From contig NW_008806277.1 of the NCBI RefSeq assembly GCF_000400465.1, positions 300,001-332,000 on the forward strand: 32,000 bases of DNA. Direction: 5' to 3'. The number at the start of each line of letters is the position of its first letter. Within the stretch, counting starts at the first letter, position 1. The notes below the pieces were generated by a model. It was not told the origin of the DNA. It saw only the letters and a list, made by a program, of their open reading frames with translations, and did no database searches. Positions 1-11,240 of the stretch are shown here, one piece after another. Made by a program: the position numbers and the translations under genes. Source of the DNA: Wallemia ichthyophaga EXF-994 (taxonomy: Eukaryota > Fungi > Basidiomycota).

Positions 1-2933
1 TCGTAAAAAGCAAAAATCTACGAAGCCAACACAGTCAATACAGCCAACCCAACCAAATCAACCAATCAAATCAATCCAACCAAGGCTATTTGCTCCATTC
101 AGAGCTCTAGGATTCGTTACCAATGATATTCCCTTCAATATCCTATCTAGATCCACTAGAGACGCAAATAAATTATCTGCTCAGATTGTAACGTGCTTAG
201 GAAATAGCTGGGCTATGTGGGATCTTTCTACCATGCGCCTTCTCTTTGTTTCCCCAGATTGTGAAAATCCAATCAACTCTATTGCAAATGATGGTACATA
301 CGTTTATGTCTCTGCCGGTCCTCATTTGATCAAGTATAGTAGGGGTAAACAAATTTCTAAATTTGAATACCCTGAGCCTTCAGAACTGGGCACTATCACG
401 CTCTTCGGTAGTCAATTACTCGCACTCAGAGCTAATGGAAATGGTCTAATCGTTTTTGATAATCATTCAAATGCTAAATCAGAATTCTCACACGAGATTC
501 AATTCCCTTTCAATTTCACTGCCACTCAGATCCTCCATCCATCCACTTATCTCAATAAAATCGTTGTAGCATCTGCTCAAGGTGATTTACAGTTGTGGAA
601 TATAAGAACAAGATCACTCATTCACTCCTTCCAATCAACTCACCTTCGAAGAAGTCTTCCAAGGCCTTCTACAGAGGCTATTACTTCCCTCGAGCAATCT
701 CCTGCAATTGATGTTCTCGCCATTGGTTACTCTGACGGTCTAATTTCACTCTACGATATCAAATCTGATGAAGAACTCCTAAGAATGCGTATGGATGGCG
801 ATCTCTCCATCAATAGCATCACTTTCAGGACTGATGGTGAACATATCATGGCTACAGCCGCATCTAACGGTTACATAGCATTCTGGAATCTCAATGAAGG
901 TGGTAGATTAGTCAATGTGTTAAGAGACGCACACAGTGAATCTACATCCAAGATAGAGTTCCTACCAAATCAGCCAGTATTGATATCTTCCAGTGGCGAC
1001 AACAGCGTGAAAGTAGGTAACGTGCATATAATCCAACACAATTCTAACGACTATCCAAGCAATGGCTATTCGACTCGCCCAGCGTTCTCCCAAGACTGCT
1101 CAAGTTCAGAGCTGGTCATACTGCCCCACCACACCACATACGCTATTACGGTGAAGACGGAAAAACAATTCTCAGTGCTGGCAGAGATAACAGCTTGAGA
1201 TACATGAGTGTAGTAAGAGATTCGCGCAGTTTCGAAATGTCTCAGGGCTCACTCGCTAGAAAAGCTGCTCAACTCGCTCTACCAATGGCTGCGTTGAGGT
1301 TACCGCCCATTACATCACTCGCATTTGCGACGCAGAGATCTAAAGACTGGGATGACGTTCTTACCTCACATGCCGACAGTGCTGACTCCTACACTTGGCA
1401 TGTCCAAGATAAGAAACTTGGTAAGCACAAGCTGGTGATGGATGACGGCGTCGCTCGATCAGTCACTGTATCCGTGTGCGGTAATTACGGTCTCATCGGT
1501 ACAGATAAAGGTAAGATTAATCAATTCAATATGCAGTCGGGCATCAAGAGACGTGTACTGTCTATACAGAACAAGTACGAGAATAAAGATGCACTGGCTA
1601 TTTCAGGTGTCATCAGTGACGCTCTCAACACTACCATCGTCGCTAGTACATTGGATGGATTCCTCTATTTCTTCGATTTCCACAACGGCGCTCTCATCGA
1701 TACGCTGCAACTGCGTGGTGGTGTACACCAGTTGATTCTGCAGCGAGACAACGGAATAATGGCCGCCATATGCGCCGACAATGTCGTACGATTAGTAGAT
1801 ATCGAAACAAGACGTGTCGTTCGTGAATTTAGAGGATTCACAAAGAGGGTGTCTGACATCGTAAGTATGAGTTTGCATAATAGCTTATCTAACAAGACAC
1901 ACAAAGGCATTCTCCCCAGACTCTAAATGGCTCGTTGCATCATCGTATGACTGTATTATACGGACATACGATATTCCAACGGGGACGTTGGTTGATGCAT
2001 TCCGAGTGACCAGTCTGCCCACCTCCCTCACCTTCTCTCCTACAGGAGATTTCGTAGCGACGACGCACACTGATTCCGTCGGTATCTATCTATGGGCGAA
2101 CAAGACACAGCTGGTGGAGGTTCCACTGCGACCCATCTCCCAAACTGATGTCATCGACGTTGGACTCCCAACTATGCAAGGCGAAGTTGAGGATGAGGAG
2201 CTTGGTCAGTTGGAGAGTGAACCTATTGTGCAACATGCGCTCGGCGGTATCAAAGACCAATTAAGTGATGGATTGGTTACGCTGTCGACTATGCCTCGCA
2301 CTCGCTGGCAAACGTTGCTCAATTTAGATACAATTAGAGAGCGTAATAAACCAGCTGAACCAGTCAAGGCTCCTGAACAAGCACCTTTCTTCCTTCCGTC
2401 GCTTATGGATACGCAGAACAACACTTCTGGCGATAAGATGAGTATGGATGTGGATAAACAGGATACTCATCGCCTGGTTGAAGGTGCTCTCGGTATTGAG
2501 ACCCAGCTGTCGAAAATGTTACACTCCGCTCAATCTGATAAATGTGAGTTTAAATCGCGCCTTGTCGTTGATTCAGAATTTGATGACTAACCTAATCTAA
2601 CTTATCGCAGTGGATCAACTCTTCACCTACTTGCATGGAATAACACCCGCCAACAATGACGCAGATGTTAGATCATTGATGCCTGCAGATCTCGAACTCT
2701 TCTTGAAAGCATTGAGCGAGAGACTTGGTCAGCAGAAAGATTTCGATACTGTACAAGCACAGATGGGATTAGCTTTGAGAGTTCACGCGGATATCTTGTC
2801 ATCTGACAGCTCACTCAGAGAAAGTCTATCAAACTTAGCTCAGGCTCAGCGCAAAGAGTGTCACAGATTGTTCGATCTGACTAATTACTCACTTGGTGTG
2901 CTCAGCTTCGTTAGAGACATCCCACTGCAGTAG
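1..2933 (+). CDS. UTP21: U3 snoRNA-associated WD40 protein Utp21/WDR36 (5' end outside window); exons <1-1012, 1060-1860, 1907-2543, 2611-2933
   Basis: Frame is open from nt 2 (RKKQK...RLFAPFRALGFVTNDIPF, typical Utp21 N-terminus). WD40 repeats follow, then the C-terminal Utp21 motif TLSTMPRTRWQTLLNLDTIRERNKPAEPVKAPEQAPFFLPS. Three GT-AG introns (47, 46, 67 nt) join the ORF fragments in frame. Confidence 0.95.
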
Positions 2934-3066
2934 AACCAGGCATTTGGCATTAGACAACGCGCAATAAACAAACAATAGACAAAAGACTTATTTATTCTGT
3001 AGCAGAAAAATATATGTTATAATTATTCGGGTAAACAATAGTAAATAAAATGCAATGTGTAACATG

Positions 3067-4324
3067 TCAACTTGGTTGCTGTTGTGTCGCCTTCCCCTCT
3101 TCTTCCTCATCCGACTCACTGTGAATATCTTCATCGTCATCTTCATCAAACAGCTTGCCCTGCTTCTTCCATCTACCATCTCCCTGTACTCTGTTGAATT
3201 GTTGTATGCTTGAATTCTTAATACGGCCTTGATTATCAACAGAATCTAACTCTTTCTGAGATGTCGGTCTCATTCTCAGCCATTGCATACGAGGTCCTGA
3301 TCTACTCTTTTCTGATATTCTGAAACCATATATCTTTGGTGTATATATCTTTGTAGCAGCTGGCTTGTAATGAGATTCAGCGATTGCTTGATAATCCACT
3401 GTGTCATCGTCGTTAACTGGTAGTACGATCGATGGTTGAAGATCCTTGTAGGTATGAAAAAGCAGATGAGGGAATGTAGTTCCGAAGAAAGAACCTTGGT
3501 GGGGCTGTGAGTGAAGTATTTAAGGACGCAATTAGCTCACCATCGACGCCTTGAAATCTAGAGCTTGGAGGTACGTAAATGTCCATGCAATTTGGACAGT
3601 ATAGCTTCACTGTATCAACTCCTGGTGTATCTGACCTTCCGCATGGAACAACAGGACAAGACTGACAGCAGAACCGAGGGCAGAATCCAAAGTGACCATT
3701 TTCGTATTTTTCAACCTGTCTGGAGTTAGGATTGTTAGGGCGTAGCTGCTTCTAGTGGCATACCATTTGCTGCAAACCAACTCTTGTAAGTATGAATCTG
3801 GCGTGGATGAGTCCGTAAAGCATTTCAGCGCTGTGTTCGACTATGGATACATCTGGTATTTTTAAAGATTCTTCTAAAGTGGATTAGTATTGAGAAGAGA
3901 GCAGGTTTTATCACGCTCACCTGGTTCAACGTCCAGTATCATCTCTAGAGCTTCCTAGTATGGATTTAGATGTGTAGCAATACGTAAGAACCTGTATCAC
4001 CTTATAAAATCCAACTATACCCGCTAATCCTGTCAAATTGAATTCGTCTTCGATAAAGTCCTCGGAAACTTCTGCAAAGTACTCGTGGCCAGCTGCTAAA
4101 GCATGAGGACTAGTACACCACACCGACGAACAATCTACGCACGTAATGAACAGAACCAGCTTATCCACGTTAAAGATGAAGTGCTCGTTGATTGCGGTGA
4201 TGATGAATCTATGGCCATTTAGCTTGTTTTAACGTACCTGAATAGCGCTCCCACCATAAACAATGGATTCAGGATTATTCTCCTCTAAGATTTCCATCTC
4301 TTCATCTGCTCTCTCGCCGGCCAT
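3067..4324 (-). CDS. CKB1: Casein kinase II regulatory (beta) subunit, multi-exon
   Basis: [31 protein letters not shown], zinc-finger CPRFCC...LYCPNCMDIY, GSFFGTTFPHLLF and YTPKIYGFRI motifs after splicing. ATG at 4322-4324; first intron 4209-4254. CKB1 versus CKB2 assigned by motif impression only. Confidence 0.93.
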
Positions 4325-4456
4325 AGATATACCTAATCAAGGTGATAGTCGACGCGTACAAGAATTTTTAAAATATTCAAAACGACATTTAAAATAAATC
4401 ACAGGCTTAAAATGAAGTATTTATGTGTAAATAAGTCTGCAATTAGTCATACACGC

Positions 4457-5274
4457 TTAGAACTTGAGCTAGAAAGGGTTCATGTTAGTAAGGCACTCTT
4501 TACCACCAAAAAAAAAACCTACTTCGTGTGGGAATTCACCACGTGAGAGACCGAATGAAGCGTTGAGGTACTTGGTGAGACCGTCGACCTTCTTGATCTC
4601 AGCAAGGATGGCCTTGTCGACATTCTTTTGCTCTTGGGCCTTCTCAGCAGGGTACTGCTTCTTCTCAACCTTGTCACCGAAGAATGCCTCTTCCTTGGTG
4701 GCGTTCTTGACGGCTGGCTTAGCGAAGTAAGCGTCGTTGAGCTTTGATGACTGTAATCTTGTAAGCGAGTGAGAATTTTATACCAACATCAACTCACGTC
4801 AACAGCACCAACGTTGACCTTGGTAGAGGTAGCGATAACGTAGGCTTGGTTAACGCGACGGAGAGGGACACCGTTGACCTTGAAAGGACCAGTGACGAGC
4901 AAGAGACCAGAGTTGAGTTGCTTGAGGAAGACGACTCTCTTTCCTCTGAAGCGACCAGCCAATAAGATCAAGACGGTTCCCGGGGTGATAGATTCACGCA
5001 GCTTGGTTGGACGTTGGGCCTTACGTGCCTTGGTTGGAACGGCAACATCCTCAGATGGGTAGAAAGCGCGAGCCTTGGTGGTTGGGACTTGACGTTGACC
5101 ACCGTTCTTCGCGCCACCAACGGTCTTGGTCTTGGACTCAGCTTGAGCCTCCTTTTGAGGAGCAACACCCTTCTTTTGACCCTTGAAGAGACCACGCTTG
5201 GTGTAGAGTTGGGTGCGGGTGAGACGACCAACGTTCTTAGCGATAGGTCTTGATCTTTGTTGCAAGGAAACCAT
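4457..5274 (-). CDS. RPL6: 60S ribosomal protein eL6; two introns near the 3' end
   Basis: [61 protein letters not shown]; C-terminus GEFPHE|LKF*. Strong codon bias. Start placed at [13 protein letters not shown] (5272-5274) rather than the ORF-track start. Confidence 0.96.
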
Positions 5275-5453
5275 TTGGGTCGAAGATGAATGTAAGCCTA
5301 CAAGCCACTTGTCGCCTCTTCTCATCTGATCAAATTTACTCAAAATTACAAAAAATTCCATAAACTTCAATATTCCCTATTTTATTGTGTTTATTTATTA
5401 ATCACAGCCTATGCCCTCTATTGGCTGTGTTTTTTATCTACTTTCTGCTGTCT

Positions 5454-5503
5454 TCTGTGTCGTTGCAGATATGTACACGATACACACACTGCAACTACAC
5501 AGA
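5454..5503. repeat. 15-bp inverted repeat with one mismatch
   Basis: TCTGTGTCGTTGCAG (5454-5468) and CTGCAACTACACAGA (5489-5503), with a 20-nt spacer. Confidence 0.9.
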
Positions 5504-5832
5504 TATCTATGTAAATTATAGCATACTTATATTCACAGCCGTAATATTAAGCTTATTTGGTACTTCTCCCTCTCTATCCACCTATTTTGTATGTCTTCTC
5601 TAATCTAACAGCGACGGTATAGCTTATGCAAAAGCGTGCATTCAAAACTTAATACAACTACAAGAGAGTTTTAAATGTATTTTACTACCCCAGGATCCTT
5701 TCGCCAGAAGTCAAACCATTTCTGACATGCTATCATAATCTGGCTAGAAACGACCAAAAATGTTAAAAATACTTTTCTAAAGCTAATCGGTGTAATGTGC
5801 AAATAAAAAAAGTTGACACTGATGCCAAAGTC

Positions 5833-5837
5833 AAAAA
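5833..5837 (-). terminator. RNA polymerase III terminator (T5) of the tRNA-Met gene
   Basis: TTTTT on the minus strand, starting 5 nt downstream of the tRNA discriminator base. Confidence 0.7.
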
Positions 5838-5841
5838 TCTA

Positions 5842-5946
5842 TGCTTCGGGGCGGAATCGAACCACCATTTCGGGATTTCGCCAATGTAGATTGGCTCATA
5901 GCGATAAACTATGAGACCCATGTACTAACCGTTATACTACCGAAGC
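5842..5946 (-). tRNA. tRNA-Met (CAT), elongator type, with a 32-nt intron (5878-5909)
   Basis: Cloverleaf: acceptor GCTTCGG/CCGAAGC, D-stem GTAT/GTAC, anticodon stem TGGGT/TCCCG with the U31-U39 apposition typical of eukaryotic elongator Met, anticodon CAT at 5911-5913, T-arm GGTGG-TTCGATT-CCGCC. Intron lies at the canonical 37/38 position; 73+32 nt. Confidence 0.93.
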
Positions 5947-6573
5947 TCTTAATTCTTCATCTGCAAGTACAAAGTCATATCTTATCGCTTATAAGAGCCA
6001 ACTTACAATCTAACTAGGACTGTCTGATTCTTGAGAACAAAAGAAGGTATGTCTCCTTTTTTTGGCTGTCGTAGAGCTCTAACAGACAATGATCTCACAA
6101 ATTGAGTCATTGGCGCACCACAATCTGGAAATAAGGACAGCCTTCGATAATTTGAAGAAATTTATTTCTGTGATAACATTGCTGCATGCATATTCCCTTT
6201 GGGAATGTCCTTCCTAAGCCTTCACAGCACGAACGTTCAGCAGCTTTAAAGGCGCCTTATTTTAATGAGAAGTATGATAAAGTCGTTTTAAGCATGCTAA
6301 ACTATTTGGCTGGCTATTCTACCTCATAACAGCCAAAGTGACTACTCGGTTTACTCATCGACTCTCAAACACGCAACAACAGTGCGTGTTTCGGAAACAA
6401 AATACGTTTGGTAGTGGTATAATATTTATGCAGAATACACGAAACTTGAATGATTAATTAAGTAGTTTAACGAAGGAGTGGCGTGTCTTGTAGGTCGTGG
6501 GCCGTGAGTTGTGTTTCGATTTTAGTGTTTAACGTTCAGGGCTAGTCCAAGTGTCAGTTGATGAATTATATGC

Positions 6574-6590
6574 AAAAAAAAAAAAAAAAA
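6574..6590. repeat. Poly(A)17 homopolymer
   Basis: 17 consecutive A, about 125 nt beyond the stop of the LRR gene. Confidence 0.95.
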
Positions 6591-6713
6591 GATCAGGTGG
6601 AAACGGTTGGTATGTTGTAAGTGTCTTGAGAAGCTTGCTGTTACGCAGCAACTCAACGTTATTAAACCCGAGCGCTAGTGTAACAGTGAAAAAAAAAGTC
6701 AAAATATCCAAAT

Positions 6714-9700
6714 TTAAGATGAGCGGGGAGGTGCCTCAGGTTTAGGCGAAGTGGGAGACTTGGGTGAAGTCGATGGCAGCTCAGTCTCGAGTATTTCCTT
6801 CCTGAGTGCCTCACCATCTTCTTCACTCTCGATGCGCTCCTCGTTGAGAAAAGCAATACCTTTCCTGAATATCTCACCCTCTTCAAACAACTGACTGCGA
6901 CCAAGATCTGACGTCGGACTCTTCACTTCTTCGCCATTCAAAGCAGGTTTCGGCGTCGACTCATCATCCTGCTTATCTATTTCAGTGCTAATTTCTAGCT
7001 TAGGCTTTGGTGGTAATTGCTTCAAACTCCCACCTTCACCACCGATGGATGTAGACTCTGGGTCAGCGTCGGTCTCAACATCCGAGTCATCAGATCCCAT
7101 AATTTGAAATTGGGGATTAGACATCTCATCATTGAGACTCAAACTTCTAGCTCTGTTGTGATTTGACTTTTTCGGCTGCAAAAATGCTGCACCCTGAGCC
7201 TGTTGACGTGCCAATATTGCATTCTGCTCTGACAACTTCACAGAATCCTCGATACGTCCGTTTAAGCCGGCAAGCTGATCATTCAGACTGAGAGCAAGGT
7301 TAATTTCATTCTCGTTCTCAATCAACTCCTCTCCGATCAACTCCATCAACCGATCTTTCAATGCCTTCACTTCGAGACGACGTTCGTGAATGTAGGTCTG
7401 AAGCGCTGCCAGCTTGTCTTCATTTCCAGGCTCTTTTTCCCGTTCATCGAATATCTCTGTGAAGATTTTGAGTATTTCTTGCGATACGACTAGCGTCTCC
7501 TGCGGTGTCTGGTTCCACACACGTGCTCGCGCTATACCTTCCGGACTCTCGGCTGCTGCTACGACTGCTGCCGTGGACTGCTGTACCTCAGCCTCTTGCA
7601 GTTTCTTCGCTAAGACTGAGCGCTGGATTGGTCCGAAAAGATTCTTTGATTTGCCCGATTTCTCCTGCGCTGCTTCCGTGTTACGGATGCATGACTGCAG
7701 TATATCTTGACTGAGGTTCGCCATGTCAGGGTCGTTGATTGGTATGCTAATGTCGAGACATCTGATTGAGTTATTCATTTTCACGGCGACAGAGAGTGCG
7801 AGCAAGCCCGACATAGTGAGATTATTGTCGGTGAGATCCTTTACACGGTCAGTAACATACTCAGCCGTACAAAGAAAGCTACCCACCACATGTAGCAGTG
7901 TTTTGGCTTCAGGGAGAAACTCGGCTAAAGCGATTGCACCTTCAGATTGCAACTGTGTGTCTGCAAGGAACAACCTCTTCATGTTCGAGTTGACCGCGAA
8001 GGATGTCCGCAGTGATGTGATCTAGGCGACGTTAGTTTTTTTTTTTTTTTGGTAAAAGTAGGTCCCTTACGCCATCTGCCTCAGGACCACAGCAAGGATT
8101 TTTGCTCAAATCGAGTGTTTCTAGAGTTGTATTATGTTTCTAGGCTTCAATTAGCATAATCTAACACCAACATTCGTTGCTCACCAATGCTTCAGAAATT
8201 GATAAGAGACCCCTATAATCAATCCTGTTCTCGCTCAGGTTGAGCACCTTGAGTGTCTTGTTACGCTTCAGTACAGTAGCAATATAATTGACGCTGGAGC
8301 GAATATCATTCCCTTTAAGATCAAGGGTGATCAAACCACTGCCAATATCAACTCTCGGCTGTGGGGGTACTTCCACCTTGTCTTGTGAATCTTCAAGACG
8401 TCGTGAGATGAAGTGGCTCTCGATATTTCCGTCTTGACTGTCCTCCTTCTGACCTGTCTGCTCATTATGCTGAATACTTGGAATTATGCGCGTGGTCACA
8501 CTGCCAGATGGACTTGATATGACAGGTGTCTCCTTCTCATCGTCCTCTAGTTTACTGCGCTGCCTGAAGTTGAAATTCTGGAGGAATGACATGCTATTTC
8601 TGTAACTGTTGTTCCTATTCGTGGCAAGGTCAGGTCGCCGTGGTGCTTGGGGAGGAGATGATTTGCTGAAAGGGTCACTGCTTAGCGATTCAGTGGTCGA
8701 AGGGTCGACGTAGTCTTTGAGCATCAATGCGAGCGAGACGACGCCGTTGCTGGATATCTTATTGCGTCGGAGCGAAAGATGCATTAATGCAGAGTTCTTC
8801 ATCCCCTGCGCTGTTATGTAATTGGTTAAATTGAGCTAGACTCTCCAACGCAAACCCACCTATGGCTTCTAATGCACCAGATTTAAACGTACACCCCTCC
8901 AAACGGACGGTGCTGATATTGCTATGGGTGTATTGACTGTATCGCAAGAGCGCGGGCGAGGGGATGAGAGGTTGGTCTTGGGCGTGTGAGCTATGAGCTA
9001 TTAAGGCTATCATATCATGCCCACCTTTATCATGCTCCTGATGCTGATCCTGCACCCGCTGCTGGCGTTCTTCATCTTTCAGTTCCTCTTTTTCGGGTCT
9101 AGCAAGAGCAGACATGAGCATTTCGGCGCTCTTCTTATCAAATATATTCTCCGACAAGTCAATATAAGTGAGGTGTTGTGCCTATGCATCAAATCAGCAA
9201 GTGTGAACCATCTAATAACTAACCCACCCTCTTCATAAACATAGACAGTAATTTCCACCCCTTCTCCTTGATCATCTTGTTATTGGCAATACTAAGCCAG
9301 GGCAGTTCTGCCGAGATAAGAAGAGCATGCAGCACCGGCTTCAACGACTCATCAACCAACCCTATATCTTCGAGAATGAGCCGTTGGAGTCCCCACCGTA
9401 TGCTGAGAACATCAGCAAGCGGCTCTAAGTTCTCCTTGAACAGATGCACACCTGAGAGATCGAGTGTACGGCCTGATTCGCGCATAAGCGCGGCTGAACG
9501 CAGCTGTTCAATGATCTCGGCGCGTGGAATCTCCTCGCGCAATCTGCAGGCATCCCTGTAAATTTGAATGAGTTGCGCGCCTTCGTCTGCGGTCCAATAG
9601 GAGAAGTCGTGAACACTATCGGTGTGTCTGTATTCGGCCTCGACTTGGGCGCGATGGGCGCGAGAGTCAGCAGGAGGAAGTGCCGCGTGAATGGGGTATG

Positions 9701-10136
9701 TAACAGACATGCTTGGGACGTGGAAGCTAACTCGCTTAATTGATTCGTGGGGTGGATGATGAGTAGCTGTGGGCTGTGAGGCATGTGTGGGTGGTGCGCT
9801 TGTATTTTCTGTAGGCGTAACCTGCTGCTGCAGCTTATTAGGGATAGACTTTGCAGTGTCTATCGCCTCTGCTGGTCCTTCAGATAGGAGCTTCTTGAAA
9901 CCGCCCCAGAAAGTGCTGTCCTGTGAATTATGGTGGCTCTGTTGCGGCTGCGGTTTTGGCTGTGGCTGTTGCTGCAAATGCTCATCGTCGCCTGCTCTGC
10001 TCAACTTCTCGAACAAGTCGTTGATGGGATTCAAGGTGAAGGGGAAACGCGACGACGGTGGTGGTGGGCTCTTGAGGATACCTTTCTTTGGAATTTGCTT
10101 ATTCGCCGGAGTATTTTCATTATTTATCCCGCTCAT
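6714..10136 (-). CDS. RNI-like leucine-rich-repeat protein, Mhp1/PPP1R37-like putative PP1 regulatory subunit; 5 introns
   Basis: Repeated LxxLxLxxN RNI-type LRRs (LITLDLKGNDI, LKVLNLSENRI, LMHLSLRRNKI, LKRLFLADTQL) across spliced ORF pieces. N-terminal GILK and KRVSF PP1-docking motifs. Start at MSGINNEN (10134-10136). Confidence 0.8.
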
Positions 10137-10323
10137 ATCTGCATTCGGCGCTGCTTTAAACCTTCTCAATCGATGATCCTCGCTGTGTTTCATCAAAAGA
10201 CATTTCATGACAACTATTCAAAAAATTCTAACAAATACATCAAACGTATGCTATCCTGTTCTCCCAGGCATATCGCATAGTGAACGGCTCCTTGGCGAAC
10301 TCTGCGCTGGACACTGGCAGCAC

Positions 10324-10371
10324 CGTTGGACACACTCCACTTATTGACTTATATGTGGAGTGTGTCTAACG
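10324..10371. repeat. 17-bp inverted repeat (hairpin/cruciform)
   Basis: CGTTGGACACACTCCAC (10324-10340) and GTGGAGTGTGTCTAACG (10355-10371): 16 Watson-Crick pairs plus one G-T, with a 14-nt spacer. Confidence 0.95.
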
Positions 10372-11240
10372 ACAAAGGTACCTTAAGTTTTCTTCCGTCT
10401 TAATTTGTACAAGGACTCGCTATCAACGTCGTAGGCTCTCGAAAAGCTCAAATATCTAAGCTTTCGTTTGGTTGGCGGAGTATAGCGAGAATGATAGCAA
10501 TTAGATCATTGCAACAAATTGTCTCTCAACTTGGCTGATTTCTCGTGCTTTTTTTATCGTAATTGGTGATGTCAGCGAACATGAGCGAGATTTAATCAGG
10601 GCTGAACGTCCAAAAGATTATACAACCACAACATTAATATTGTCTTCAAATCTGCGCTCATTTCTACCACCGACGCGTACCTTATGTTCTCGAAACATAA
10701 TCTACACCTACAGAGCTGATGAAGATAGTTACGATGATACAAATGAGGTGGGTAAAGATAGCTCGCGATACACCGGTAAGAACGAATATGAGTATTATGA
10801 TTGAATGGGTCTCTTCATCTACTTGTCTTTATGTTTCTTAAAAACTTTTCTCGCTCTTCGATAAGCATTAATTGTAGCCACGTCGCACTATAAAACTGTG
10901 TACCTTTGATATCTCATCGAGTTCATGTCTCTCTAGCAGCGTGTGCGAATTTATCAAAATGAGATATGCCGATACACTGTCTCAGTATCTCAAACATCAG
11001 CTTGAAATGAGTCCAAGTAATATATGCTAAAATTCATGCAAATGATACTCCAACGACTCCTGTGAAACAATGTCCGAATTTGAAATCTGAAATTGATCGT
11101 CACTTGGGCCTCGGAGAATTAAGCATGATCCATGCTCATTCCCTTTCTTATAGCAGCTGTTGCTGCTTTTAGTGCTACGAACAGCCCAATGAGTCATTTA
11201 TATCTCTGTATCAGTTTTTGAGGTGATCAACGCAGCTCAG

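Noticed and set aside
3722-3742. Telomere-like TTAGGA/TTAGGG words
   Set aside because: They are reverse complements of CTAAC branch-point motifs inside a CK2-beta intron.
5275-5370. Longer RPL6 N-terminus (MKFMEFF...) from the ORF track
   Set aside because: Starts at a non-ATG codon in AT-rich promoter sequence; eL6 similarity begins around the ATG at 5272-5274.
6574-6590. Poly(A)17 as the tail of a retrocopy or SINE
   Set aside because: No recognisable upstream element and no target-site duplication; homopolymers are common in this window.
10505-10804. 99-codon stop-free + strand frame ending YRADEDSYDDTNEVGKDSSRYTGKNEYEYYD
   Set aside because: No ATG and no convincing upstream exon; roughly one such frame is expected by chance in 2.4 kb over six frames at this AT content.
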